From assembly GCA_965238175.1 (NCBI GenBank), contig CBDEGZ010000003.1:1280001-1344000 (forward strand): DNA of 64,000 nt. Direction: 5' to 3'. The stretch comes from Gammaproteobacteria bacterium. GTDB taxonomy: Bacteria; Pseudomonadota; Gammaproteobacteria; CAJXQU01. Position numbers and translations under genes: made by a program. Below the pieces are notes generated by a model that saw only the letters and a program-made list of their open reading frames with translations, was not told the origin of the DNA and did not search any database. Shown piece by piece: positions 19,051-28,990 of this stretch (positions within the stretch are counted from its first letter, which is position 1; every line of letters begins with the position of its first letter).

Positions 19051-20909
19051 ATTTTGCGGATTATTCCTGGGTAACATTTTCATGGACTGAATTTCACTTC
19101 CTCAGACCTTGGTGGTTTTTAGTCTTAATTCCCCTGATTCTATTTGTCTGGAGAATGACGACGCATGTTTTAAATCCAAAGAATTGGACAGGTATTATCG
19201 ATGAAGCATTACTACCCTATGTTTTGGTTGATAGAGATGTTGGTTTAAGAAGTTGGCCGAAATGGTTGCTCGGTTTTGTTGGTTTGTTATCAATTACGGC
19301 GCTTGCAGGGCCAGTTTGGGAGCAGTTACCACAACCAGTTTATCGTAATGAATCAGCCTTAGTTATTGCACTTGATCTTTCGCGATCTATGGATGCGGCA
19401 GATCTAAAACCAAGTCGACTTACTCGAGCGCGATTCAAAATTGCTGATTTATTGAGGCAACGAAAAGAAGGACAAACAGCGCTCATAGCTTTTGCCAGTG
19501 AAGCTTACGCAGTTACGCCATTGACGGATGATACAGATACAATTTTGTCCCAAATGAAAGCCCTCACAACCGACATTATGCCGCAACAAGGTAGTCGCGT
19601 TGACAGAGCAATGTTAAAAGCGAATGAGTTGTTAAAGCAAGCAGGTGTTCGTTCTGGTGATATTTTATTGATCACCGATGCGGTGAATTCTGAAGAGGAT
19701 TTTACTGTTGCTGCTTATATAAAAAAATCTGGGCATCGTGTTTTTGTTTTTGGAATTGGAACAAAGGAAGGTGCTCCAATTCCTGATCGGAAAGGTGGTT
19801 TTTTTACAGATGATTCAGGGAATATTGTATTACCGGGTTTAGAAGAATCATCCTTACAAAGAATTGCTGAAAAAGGAAATGGGTTTTACCAGAGATATAC
19901 CGAAGATGATCAAGATGTGAATCGTTTGATACAACGTTTAGAAAAAATATCGGTTTCTAGTAAACAGGCAAAAACAGAAGTAGAAGAATCAGAATTAAAG
20001 TCTGATCAATGGATTGAACAAGGTCCCTGGTTGTTGTTATTAATTATACCCTTTGCGGCTTTGATTTTTCGTAAAGGATATTTATTGATTCTGGTTTTCT
20101 GTATGACCGGTTTTCCGACTACACAGGAGGCGATGGCAGAAGATGCGCCTGATCGAGATTTATGGAAACGTCCTGATCAAAAAGCCGAAGAGTTTTTTCA
20201 AGCAGGTGAAAATAAAAAAGCCGCTGAACTTTTTGAGGATAAAAAATGGAAGGGAAGTGCGCAATATAAAGCTGGTGAATATGAAGCTGCGTTAGAAAGC
20301 TGGCAAGATTTTGAAACGGCTGATGATTTATATAATAAAGGTAATGCCTTGGCGAAAATGGGCCAGCTTGAACAAGCGTTAGAGTCTTACAAAAAAGCCA
20401 TACAGCAACTGCCTAATTTTGAGAATGCACAATATAATTATGATCAGGTTAAAAAAGCATTAGAAGAACAGCAGAAACAACAAAAAGATCAAAATGGAGA
20501 TCAAGAGAGCGATCAAAAGAAAGAATCTGAAGAGGGTGGTGGTAGTGAAGAAGAAAAAGGTGAAAGCTCAGAACCAGAAAGCGACTCAGAAAAAGATCAA
20601 AAAGATTCGTCTGAGAATGAAAAAAATGATGAGGAATCTGATCAGAAAAAAGATCCCGGTGAGCAAGAGGGTGAACAATCAGGCCAAGATAAGTCTGGTG
20701 GACAACAGCAAGGTGACGATCAAACTAATAGCGATCTAGAACAAATGCAACAAGGTCAGGAAAATGACTCGATGGACAGTGAACAGCAGCAGGCGGCAGA
20801 AGCAGCTTTGAGAGCTATCCCGGATGATCCTGGTGGTTTGTTGCGCCGGAAATTCAAGTATCAATATCAGCAGCAAGAGGTTCAAAGCGAAGAGGCACAG
20901 CAATGGTGA
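19047..20909 (+). CDS. BatB/BatC-like vWA plus TPR protein with an acidic Q/E/D linker
   Basis: ALDLSRSM MIDAS, TPR YNKGNALAK, C-terminal IPDDPGGLLRRKF; ATG 19047 overlaps the batA stop. Confidence 0.88.
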   Translation: MNFADYSWVTFSWTEFHFLRPWWFLVLIPLILFVWRMTTHVLNPKNWTGIIDEALLPYVLVDRDVGLRSWPKWLLGFVGLLSITALAGPVWEQLPQPVYRNESALVIALDLSRSMDAADLKPSRLTRARFKIADLLRQRKEGQTALIAFASEAYAVTPLTDDTDTILSQMKALTTDIMPQQGSRVDRAMLKANELLKQAGVRSGDILLITDAVNSEEDFTVAAYIKKSGHRVFVFGIGTKEGAPIPDRKGGFFTDDSGNIVLPGLEESSLQRIAEKGNGFYQRYTEDDQDVNRLIQRLEKISVSSKQAKTEVEESELKSDQWIEQGPWLLLLIIPFAALIFRKGYLLILVFCMTGFPTTQEAMAEDAPDRDLWKRPDQKAEEFFQAGENKKAAELFEDKKWKGSAQYKAGEYEAALESWQDFETADDLYNKGNALAKMGQLEQALESYKKAIQQLPNFENAQYNYDQVKKALEEQQKQQKDQNGDQESDQKKESEEGGGSEEEKGESSEPESDSEKDQKDSSENEKNDEESDQKKDPGEQEGEQSGQDKSGGQQQGDDQTNSDLEQMQQGQENDSMDSEQQQAAEAALRAIPDDPGGLLRRKFKYQYQQQEVQSEEAQQW

Positions 20910-22672
20910 GACGATTATATAAAACGATAGCAATCTTCCTGATGTTTGCAGGAATGTTCAGCGTTGTCCATGCAGCGAATATTAAACTGACAGTTGATCG
21001 CGATGTTGTTTCACTTAGCGATTCGGTGACATTATTTTTCCAAGCAACGGGTGCAGTTGATGATGATCCCGATCTTGCACCGTTAGAGAAAAATTTTACT
21101 ATCTTAGGCAAACAGCAACGTAGCAATCTTTCTATTATTAACGGTAAGCGCAGCAGTAGTAAGGAATGGCTGGTCGAGGTTGTTGCAAAACGGGAAGGTG
21201 AATTAATTATCCCTGCAATTAATTTTGGGAAAGACCAAAGCCCTGCTGCAAAAGTGGTTGTAACCAGTGAAGCTGTAGCGACGAATCAAGGCAAAGATGA
21301 TCAAGAAGTATTTATTGAAGTGGAGATTTCTTCTCAACAAACATGGGTACAGTCGCAGGTTATTTTTACGATCAAATTATTCCGCGCAGTGAATACATTT
21401 AATTCAAGTTTGTCTGAAGCAAAAATTAATGGTGGACAAGTTATTGTCGAAAAACTCGAAGATCGCCAGTTTGAGACATCTCGAAATAATAAGCGCTATG
21501 CGGTTTTACAACGACGCTACGCATTGTTTCCACAGGCAAGTGGCAAATTTACCATAGATCCTATTGTTTTTAGCGGTCAGATTAGCCAACGTTCTCGACA
21601 ACTTTTTGATGCATTTGGACGCAGCGGTCAGACTATAAAACGTTTTTCACGCGCGATTGAATTGGACATCAAGCCTGTTCCTAAAGCTTTTTCGGGTGAT
21701 ACCTGGTTGCCTGCCCAGAAATTAGAAATTAATGAAAAATGGATGAAGGACAACCTTGAACTTATCGCCGGTGAACCCGTTACCCGAGTAATAATTGTTA
21801 AGGCGAAAGGGTTGACCTCAGAGCAATTACCCGAAATTAATGTAAAAGATCTTGATGATTTTAAAATCTATCCCGACCAACCGGAATTACATAACCAGAC
21901 TAGCCGCGATGGTGTGCTAGGTATCCGTCAGGAAAAAAGTGCTGTCATTCCAAATACAGCGGGTGAGTATGTTCTACCCGCGATCAAGCTTCCATGGTGG
22001 AATACACAAACAGGTGAAATGGAACTGGCAGAGTTACCTGAACGTGTGATCAATGTACTTCCTGCAGAGAACCAAGTTGGGGAACAGGCGACAAATGCTG
22101 TAACACAAAACGCCACAACAAATGTTGAACAATCTGAACATAAAAATGAATTTGATCATCCTACGACAGAATCTTCAACTATAAGTATTGAAGAAACAGA
22201 TAGTTCATTGACGAATCGAGGATATTGGCCCTGGATTTCCTTATTTCTTGTAATAGGATGGCTGATAACGATATTCGTGTGGTGGAATCGCAGTCGTAGT
22301 ACTACTGCGTCGGATATTGAAATAGCTTCGCTGAATCGATCAAAAGGTTCTGATGCGACACCTCGTAGTATTCTTAGAACGCTTAGAGAAGCTGTCCATA
22401 GCAATGATTCTGTTGCCACTAAAAATGCAATTTTAATTTGGGCAGAAACAATCTGGAAAGAAAATACTCCCAAAAACCTGGCCGATCTTGCTGCTCTTTG
22501 TGAACAGCCGCTTTCTGATCAATTAATGTTACTGAGTCGTCACATATATGGTGGTGGCGAACAGAATTGGGATGGAGAACAACTGTTAATTGCTATCGAG
22601 AATTTTGCTGGATCAAAACAGCAATCCTCTTCAAACGATCAAATTCAACTACAACCACTACACAATATTTAA
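20903..22672 (+). CDS. batD: BatD-family protein
   Basis: Signal peptide, VDR..V, RYALFPQ.SG, WLPA..L, IYPDQP, PWWNT. Confidence 0.88.
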   Translation: MVRRLYKTIAIFLMFAGMFSVVHAANIKLTVDRDVVSLSDSVTLFFQATGAVDDDPDLAPLEKNFTILGKQQRSNLSIINGKRSSSKEWLVEVVAKREGELIIPAINFGKDQSPAAKVVVTSEAVATNQGKDDQEVFIEVEISSQQTWVQSQVIFTIKLFRAVNTFNSSLSEAKINGGQVIVEKLEDRQFETSRNNKRYAVLQRRYALFPQASGKFTIDPIVFSGQISQRSRQLFDAFGRSGQTIKRFSRAIELDIKPVPKAFSGDTWLPAQKLEINEKWMKDNLELIAGEPVTRVIIVKAKGLTSEQLPEINVKDLDDFKIYPDQPELHNQTSRDGVLGIRQEKSAVIPNTAGEYVLPAIKLPWWNTQTGEMELAELPERVINVLPAENQVGEQATNAVTQNATTNVEQSEHKNEFDHPTTESSTISIEETDSSLTNRGYWPWISLFLVIGWLITIFVWWNRSRSTTASDIEIASLNRSKGSDATPRSILRTLREAVHSNDSVATKNAILIWAETIWKENTPKNLADLAALCEQPLSDQLMLLSRHIYGGGEQNWDGEQLLIAIENFAGSKQQSSSNDQIQLQPLHNI

Positions 22673-22753
22673 GGTTTAAAGGGCAGTGAACGACATATAC
22701 TGACGATAGTGTTGTAGACTAGAACTGTGTATTTAAACAGCTGGTGAGTACCG

Positions 22754-22942
22754 ATGAGTAAATGTAATTTTAGTTTTATAGCGTTGTTGTATTTGATCGC
22801 TTTATCGGGTTGTCAGTCGATTCCGGCAACAGAAAAAGCGGACATTGATAGCGACGTTTGTGTTGGTGATCCTGTTGTTGTGGATGATCCTGATAATTCG
22901 GTTGATTTGGAAGAAATGGCGAAACAGGCGGATTGTCCTTAA
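22754..22942 (+). CDS. Small acidic lipoprotein
   Basis: Signal peptide with lipobox LSGC; two further Cys. Confidence 0.55.
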   Translation: MSKCNFSFIALLYLIALSGCQSIPATEKADIDSDVCVGDPVVVDDPDNSVDLEEMAKQADCP

Positions 22943-23030
22943 GGATTGATCTTGAATAAACAATTGGCATTGTTTAACCATGTTTTTCGGGCCCATGTTA
23001 TATAAAACTATGTATTGCTTTTTTACTATT

Positions 23031-23601
23031 TTAGGTACTTGATTTTGATCGTCTGATCCCAACTAGTCCCAAAACTGCTGAACCGAACAACCAAATTGCT
23101 GCGGGGACGGGGACTGCTGATGGTGCAATATCAACTGATAGGGCTGATAGGCCACTCACACCATTCGTTGTATTATTACCATTATCTGTACCACCCTTCG
23201 TTAAATCATAAGTGAAGTTGTAGATGGTATTTTCAGTCAATGTTAGTGCCTGTGATACTGAAGATGTCTCCTGCGATGGTTTCATTCCCTGCTGAGTAAC
23301 CCAGCAACTGGGCATCTCCACCAGTAACAACAAGGTTAAAAGAAGTCAGGTTGAATTGGCTATTCGCATTGCCCGTTGTTCTGGCGCCAAAAAGTAGCTG
23401 ACCACTTTCAAAACGAAAAAAGTTGGAAGTACTCGGTGCTGAAAGTGTGTATGTAATCCCTGAATCCGAAAATGATAGTACTGGATCCCCTACAGTATAA
23501 TTACCGTCAGTAACGCCTGAAAAATCAAATAAAATTGCATTTGCTGAAAAAGAGATTACAAATAGCATTGGAGTTATGAAAATTTTCATTAGTTTGTACA
23601 T
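23031..23601 (-). pseudogene. PEP-CTERM (VPLPA-CTERM) sorting-domain protein, frameshifted
   Basis: Signal peptide ORF 23601-23233 and sorting signal VPVPAAIWLFGSAVLGLVGIRR in a different frame (to 23031). Confidence 0.85.
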
Positions 23602-23693
23602 TGTTTGATATCTCCTTGTTAAGATTTTCTGAAATTTATAAATGATCTTAAATCACTTCTAAAGCCTGTTATATTTTCTTCGTATATTATACA

Positions 23694-23709
23694 AGCAATT
23701 ATTATGCCA
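23694..23709 (-). promoter_or_regulatory. Sigma-54 -24/-12 promoter of the PEP-CTERM gene
   Basis: Minus strand TGGCATAATAATTGCT fits TGGCA-N-TTGCW with 10 nt between GG and GC; possible enhancer site at 23784-23801. Confidence 0.7.
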
Positions 23710-23873
23710 TTCATGTTAATTGTATGTAAATCAATAGCATGCATATTTTCTGTTGGTTTTTTACTCTGAAAAAGGCTAAATTATGCTACCTTTCAACGAC
23801 ACTTTTTTTATTTTTTGTTGCGAAAATAAATATAACTATTTGATAAATAAAGTAATATTTAGAATTTGAAGAT

Positions 23874-24875
23874 TTAGCTTTCTTGTCTCGGTTCTCTTGA
23901 AAGTAATGTTTCTACCGCTTCTCTTGGGGTGCACTTACCTTTTAGTAAACGGGTAACCTGGTTTGTGATGGGCATTTCAATATGATTCTTTTTCGCAAGC
24001 TCTGCAACTTCATTAGCGGTTCTAGCACCTTCGACGACTTGCCCAATCGCGTCGACTGCTTCTTCAATAGATTTGCCTTCAGCTAACAATAATCCAAAGC
24101 GGCGATTTCGTGATTGGTTATCGGTGCAGGTCAGAACGAGATCACCAAATCCTGCAAGACCCATAAAGGTTTCTGGCTGACCACCCATTGAGACACCTAA
24201 CCTTGTCATTTCAGCCAGGCCACGTGTTATAAGGGCTGCACGGGTATTTGCGCCAAAGCCAAGGCCATCTGTAATGCCTGCGGCAATCGCCATCACGTTT
24301 TTTACCGCACCACCAATCTCAACCCCGATCAGATCCTGGCTTGCATAGGCGCGAAAGGATTTACGATGAAAGCGGTTGATCAAATCATCAAGAAATTTCT
24401 GATTTTTCGAAGCAATGGTAACTGCTGTGGGGAGATTTGATCCAACTTCTGCGGCAAAACTGGGGCCCGATAAAACGGCGATCGGTACATCTTTCCCAAG
24501 GATTTCTTCAATGATTTCATGCACCAGCATTTGAGTTTCTGGTTCAATTCCTTTACATGCCCAAACAATTCTTTTGTCGTTAACTGACGACAGATCTACA
24601 ATTTTTTTAAGGAAAGGTCTAAGTGCTTTGCAAGGCAGGCCGATCAAAATATCCTTAGTATCTTGCAGATAGGGATCTATATTGACAACGGGGGTTAAAT
24701 CAGTGGGGAAGACTACATCCGGAAGGTATCGATTATTTTTGTGATCATCGATCAACTCTTTCATGTGGGTAGCATCACGCCCCCAGAGGAATGTGGTTTG
24801 ATCATTTCGTGCCGATGCAATAGCGAGTGCGGTTCCCCACGAACCGGCACCGGCGACCAAGATTGGCTCAGACAT
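23874..24875 (-). CDS. gpsA: NAD(P)H-dependent glycerol-3-phosphate dehydrogenase
   Basis: GAGSWGTALA, SGPSFA, GGAVKNV, GDLVLTCTDNQSRN. Confidence 0.97.
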   Translation of the reverse strand: MSEPILVAGAGSWGTALAIASARNDQTTFLWGRDATHMKELIDDHKNNRYLPDVVFPTDLTPVVNIDPYLQDTKDILIGLPCKALRPFLKKIVDLSSVNDKRIVWACKGIEPETQMLVHEIIEEILGKDVPIAVLSGPSFAAEVGSNLPTAVTIASKNQKFLDDLINRFHRKSFRAYASQDLIGVEIGGAVKNVMAIAAGITDGLGFGANTRAALITRGLAEMTRLGVSMGGQPETFMGLAGFGDLVLTCTDNQSRNRRFGLLLAEGKSIEEAVDAIGQVVEGARTANEVAELAKKNHIEMPITNQVTRLLKGKCTPREAVETLLSREPRQES

Positions 24876-25328
24876 TTACTGAATATTTTGTTGTCGACGA
24901 GCTAATTCTTGCTGGTAGACAGCATCAAAATTAACCGGGTTAAGCAATAGTGGCGGGAAGCCGCCACGGATAACTAGATCAGAAACTGTTTCTCTAGCAT
25001 AAGGGAACAGGATGTTAGGGCAAGCGGTGGCTGCAACTTGTGCTAATTGTTCTTCTGTAAATCCGTCAAGTAGGAAGATACCGGCTTGTTTAACTTCTAC
25101 AAGATAGACTGTTTTTTCTTCGAGTTTGACGGTAACCGTAATTGTCAAAGTGATTTCATGCATGCCTTTTTCTAAATTCTTAGATTCATTGTGCATTTGT
25201 AAATCGACTTGTGGTTGAGCTTGTTCCATGAAGATTTCTGGCGTATTTGGAGCTTCAAAAGACAGATCTTTCACATAGATTTTTTGCATTGCCAGTTGTG
25301 GTCCCTGGGATTGTTTTTCATCGACCAT
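24876..25328 (-). CDS. secB: Protein export chaperone SecB
   Basis: KIYVKDLSFEAPN, CPNILFPYARE, GGFPPL.L.PVNF. Confidence 0.97.
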   Translation of the reverse strand: MVDEKQSQGPQLAMQKIYVKDLSFEAPNTPEIFMEQAQPQVDLQMHNESKNLEKGMHEITLTITVTVKLEEKTVYLVEVKQAGIFLLDGFTEEQLAQVAATACPNILFPYARETVSDLVIRGGFPPLLLNPVNFDAVYQQELARRQQNIQ

Positions 25329-25441
25329 AATTTAGTTTTCCTTGTTATTTCGTATTTTTTATTTACTTAACCGAGATTATCTTACCGGGTTTAACATCCT
25401 CCAAAGGATTTTAGTCTAATAAATTCAGGATATTTATGCGA

Positions 25442-25864
25442 TCATGTTGCCAGTGGTAAGCTTGCGTGTTTCCAGTTATCTATACCGCCTTTTAAACGGT
25501 ACAGATTTTCGAAACCCATTTTTTTAAGACTCGCAATAGCGACATTAGTCGCGGTGCCCGTTTTACAGCATATGATAATGGGTCGATCACGGAGCTTTTC
25601 TAACTCAGCAGTTCGAATTTCGAACTCTGAGTAGGGAATATTTGAGGCATTAAGAATATGGCCTTCCGAGAATTCATCTGAAGATCGGATATCAACAACG
25701 ACGGCGTTTTCGCGATTTAATAAGCGGGTTGCTTCAGATGGATCGACGGAGCTTGCACCTTGTGCAACATCGTCAAGCAAGTTTTTAATCAACAAGGTTA
25801 AGATGACAACAAAGAGTACTGAAAGTACCATATGGTTTGTCACAAATTCAGAGAATTGTTCCAT
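25442..25864 (-). CDS. Rhodanese-like protein (YibN-like)
   Basis: N-terminal TM, VDIR...EF..GHI, LKGGI..W; start MEQFSEF at 25864. Confidence 0.9.
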   Translation of the reverse strand: MEQFSEFVTNHMVLSVLFVVILTLLIKNLLDDVAQGASSVDPSEATRLLNRENAVVVDIRSSDEFSEGHILNASNIPYSEFEIRTAELEKLRDRPIIICCKTGTATNVAIASLKKMGFENLYRLKGGIDNWKHASLPLAT

Positions 25865-26034
25865 TAATGTAATATTCCTTTGGAAAAATTTAAATTTATT
25901 TTTGAACGAGCAGCGTGATATTGACTCGGATATACTAAAAATAGCAAATGCCCAAGCGCCAAACACGTAAGCCCTACATGATACACTAGAGACAGTGCCT
26001 AATTATATAACGAGTTCATTTTTAATTTAACTGC

Positions 26035-27657
26035 ATGCAGATCAAAAACAGGCCTATTATTCTCATAATTATGGACGGATGGGGTTATAGTGAATCGACC
26101 ACCTATAACGCCGTTCATAGTGCTAATAAACCAGCTTGGGATGACTTTTGGTCCATCTATCCACATATGCTTTTGCGATGTTCTGGTGTTGACGTTGGGC
26201 TACCCGAAGGGCAAATGGGTAACTCAGAAGTGGGTCATATGCATATGGGGGCAGGTCGGATTATTGAGCAGGACTTTACCCGGATCAAAAACGCGATCGA
26301 AGATGAAAGTTTTTTTGAAAATGAAACGCTGATCAAAACTTTCGATCAACTCAAAAAAGATGGCAAGGCACTGCATCTGCTTGGTCTACTATCATCCGGT
26401 GGTGTTCATAGTCATGAAGATCATATTCTAGCGATGATCGAACTTGCGGCTTCGCGTGGTCTGGAAAAGATCTATCTACATGGTTTTCTTGATGGGCGTG
26501 ATACTGCACCTAAAAGTGCGGCTGATTCTATACGTCTCGTCCACACAAAATTCACTGAGCTGGGAGTCGGGCGCATCGCTTCTTTAGTGGGCCGTTCTTT
26601 CGCAATGGATCGGAATAACAATTGGGATAAAACAAAAATTGCCTATGAGCTAATTGTAGATGGTGAATCGGAGTATATAAGTGCTGATCCTTTTATCGCA
26701 CTTGATATGGCGTATGAGCGTGGTGAAACTGATGAGTTTGTCGAAGCGACTGCTATTATTCCAAGACGTAGCAAACTGGCTCGAGTTGAAAACGGTGATG
26801 CCGTTGTCTATCTTAATTATCGTGCTGATCGCGCAAGACAATTGACAAGGCCTTTTATCGATAAAAAATTCAAATTTTTTGAGCGGCAACGACAACCGCA
26901 ACTATCTTCATTTGTTTCATTAACGCAGTACAGCGCGGATTTTGATATCCCAGCTGCATTTCCACCACACGAGCTGAAAAATAGTTTCGGAGAATATATT
27001 TCCGAACTTGGGTTAAGACAATTGCGTATCGCTGAAACGGAAAAATACGCACACGTCACTTTCTTTTTTAATGGTGGTGAAGAGCGAGTTTATGAAGGTG
27101 AAGATCGTGTCCTAGTTCCTTCGCCTCATGTTGCAACCTATGATGAGAAACCGGAGATGAGCGCTCAAGCAGTGACTGATCGAATGGTTGAGGCGATTTA
27201 TGGGCTCAAATATGACGCGATTATTTGTAATTTTGCTAACTCAGATATGGTAGGTCATACCGGTAATTTTGAGGCTGCAGTAAAAGCAGTTGAAACAGTG
27301 GATTCTTGTATTGATCGCGTAGTAGCTGCTGCACAGTCTATTGGTGGTGAGATTTTGATCACAGCCGATCATGGTAATGCCGAACAGATGCGTAGCGTTG
27401 CGACTAAAATGGATCGCGGGATCCCGTATACCTCACATACGACGAATGTTGTACCTTTGGTTTATATAGGTCGTCCCGCCTCAATGATAAACTCAGGTTC
27501 TTTAACTGATTTGACTCCAACGATGTTGTATTTAATGGGCATTGATATTCCATCAGAAATGACAGGGACACCGTTGGTAAAACTTGAATCGGACTCAGAT
27601 TCACAGATGAAAGAATCAGGTGTGAAACGTGGTCGTTTAGCCAGGTTGATGAGATAA
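26035..27657 (+). CDS. gpmI: 2,3-bisphosphoglycerate-independent phosphoglycerate mutase
   Basis: MGNSEVGH, AETEKYAHVTFF, DMVGHTG, TADHGNAE. Confidence 0.97.
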   Translation: MQIKNRPIILIIMDGWGYSESTTYNAVHSANKPAWDDFWSIYPHMLLRCSGVDVGLPEGQMGNSEVGHMHMGAGRIIEQDFTRIKNAIEDESFFENETLIKTFDQLKKDGKALHLLGLLSSGGVHSHEDHILAMIELAASRGLEKIYLHGFLDGRDTAPKSAADSIRLVHTKFTELGVGRIASLVGRSFAMDRNNNWDKTKIAYELIVDGESEYISADPFIALDMAYERGETDEFVEATAIIPRRSKLARVENGDAVVYLNYRADRARQLTRPFIDKKFKFFERQRQPQLSSFVSLTQYSADFDIPAAFPPHELKNSFGEYISELGLRQLRIAETEKYAHVTFFFNGGEERVYEGEDRVLVPSPHVATYDEKPEMSAQAVTDRMVEAIYGLKYDAIICNFANSDMVGHTGNFEAAVKAVETVDSCIDRVVAAAQSIGGEILITADHGNAEQMRSVATKMDRGIPYTSHTTNVVPLVYIGRPASMINSGSLTDLTPTMLYLMGIDIPSEMTGTPLVKLESDSDSQMKESGVKRGRLARLMR

Positions 27658-27758
27658 ATTAATAAACCCGATCGATTTAGTCGCTCTGTTAAACTGCTTT
27701 GGCAAATCTATAGATGAAGGATCGGTTATACTTAAAACTCTAATAATTAATAGTATTT

Positions 27759-28973
27759 ATGAAAATTTCCCAAATAAAAGAAAGTTCTTTTCAAAAAGGG
27801 TTAGCTGTACTCTTTTCTGTAGTAATTTTTATGCCATTAGCTCTTACGCCATTAGTTCAGGCAGAGCCAATAGCTGAACCTTCTGTAAAAGCGAAAAAAA
27901 GCACCGCTGAATTAGAGGCTTTGCTTGAACAAATTCAAAAGATTAAAAAAGAAATTGATCAGGGGCGTAGTCAGTCAAGCGAGTTGAGAAAACAACTCGA
28001 AAAAAGTGAGGTTGAGATCGAAAAGGCGATTAAGGCTAACAAGGAACTGGATGAACAGATCCGAAAAAAAAATGAAGCTTTAGAAGCACTGGAAAAAGAA
28101 CAAGAAGTTAAAGTCGATATTTTTAATCAACACAAGGTTTTTTTGAGTGAGCAGATACGTGTTGCGTATATAAATCAAAATCAGAGTGTGATGAAACTGG
28201 TTCTAAATAATGAGGATCCAGCAATACGAAGTAGAAACCAGGTTTACCATCAGTATTTTTCAAAGGCAGGATCAGAAAAGATTGAACAGATCGGTAAGCA
28301 ACTCGAAGAGATTGAAAATTTAAAAAAGATAGCTGCCTATGAGACAGAGCAGTTGCGTATTTTAAAAGTATCTCAGCAACAAAGTCTGCAAGCAGTTGAA
28401 CAGAAAAAACAACAGCGAGAATTGATTATAGCCAACCTGGATACAGAACTTTCTGGTAAGGATGCAAGATTAAATCGAATGAAACAGGATAGTGCTAATT
28501 TAAGTGAACTGATCGTATCACTTAATAAAGCAGCCAGATTAGTAAAGCTGGAAAAATTGAAACTTAGTCGGTCATTTTCCAACTTGAAAGGAAAGTTAAA
28601 ATGGCCATCTTCTGGAGCGATTGCTCATCGTTATGGAACCTCTCGTAACGGAAGCTCTCTAAACTGGAAGGGAATGCTGATCAATTCACCCTTTGGCTCA
28701 GATGTAAGAGTGATTAGCAACGGGCAAGTTATCTTTTCGGGATGGTTCCAAAATCTCGGTAAATTGATCATTGTAGATCACGGCCAGAATTATATGAGTT
28801 TGTATGGTCATAATAGTGAACTGTTCAGATCGGTAGGTGATAAAGTGAAAACTGGCGAACTTATTGCAAGTGTTGGAGACAGTGGTGGCCGAAAAAACAG
28901 TGGTTTGTATTTCGAAATACGTCAAAAAGGCATCGCTGTGAATCCGTCCATATGGTGTAAAAGGCCAATTTAA
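27759..28973 (+). CDS. envC: Murein hydrolase activator EnvC
   Basis: Coiled coil plus M23-like domain, SLYGHN, LYFEIR. Confidence 0.9.
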   Translation: MKISQIKESSFQKGLAVLFSVVIFMPLALTPLVQAEPIAEPSVKAKKSTAELEALLEQIQKIKKEIDQGRSQSSELRKQLEKSEVEIEKAIKANKELDEQIRKKNEALEALEKEQEVKVDIFNQHKVFLSEQIRVAYINQNQSVMKLVLNNEDPAIRSRNQVYHQYFSKAGSEKIEQIGKQLEEIENLKKIAAYETEQLRILKVSQQQSLQAVEQKKQQRELIIANLDTELSGKDARLNRMKQDSANLSELIVSLNKAARLVKLEKLKLSRSFSNLKGKLKWPSSGAIAHRYGTSRNGSSLNWKGMLINSPFGSDVRVISNGQVIFSGWFQNLGKLIIVDHGQNYMSLYGHNSELFRSVGDKVKTGELIASVGDSGGRKNSGLYFEIRQKGIAVNPSIWCKRPI

Positions 28974-28990
28974 ACAAGCATCTTCTTGAG

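Noticed and set aside
20460-20800. Repetitive purine-rich stretch
   Set aside because: Encodes the usual Q/E/D-rich BatC-type linker; not a DNA repeat array
25329-25441. No grxC between the rhodanese gene and secB
   Set aside because: No recognisable remnant; simple lineage-level gene order variation
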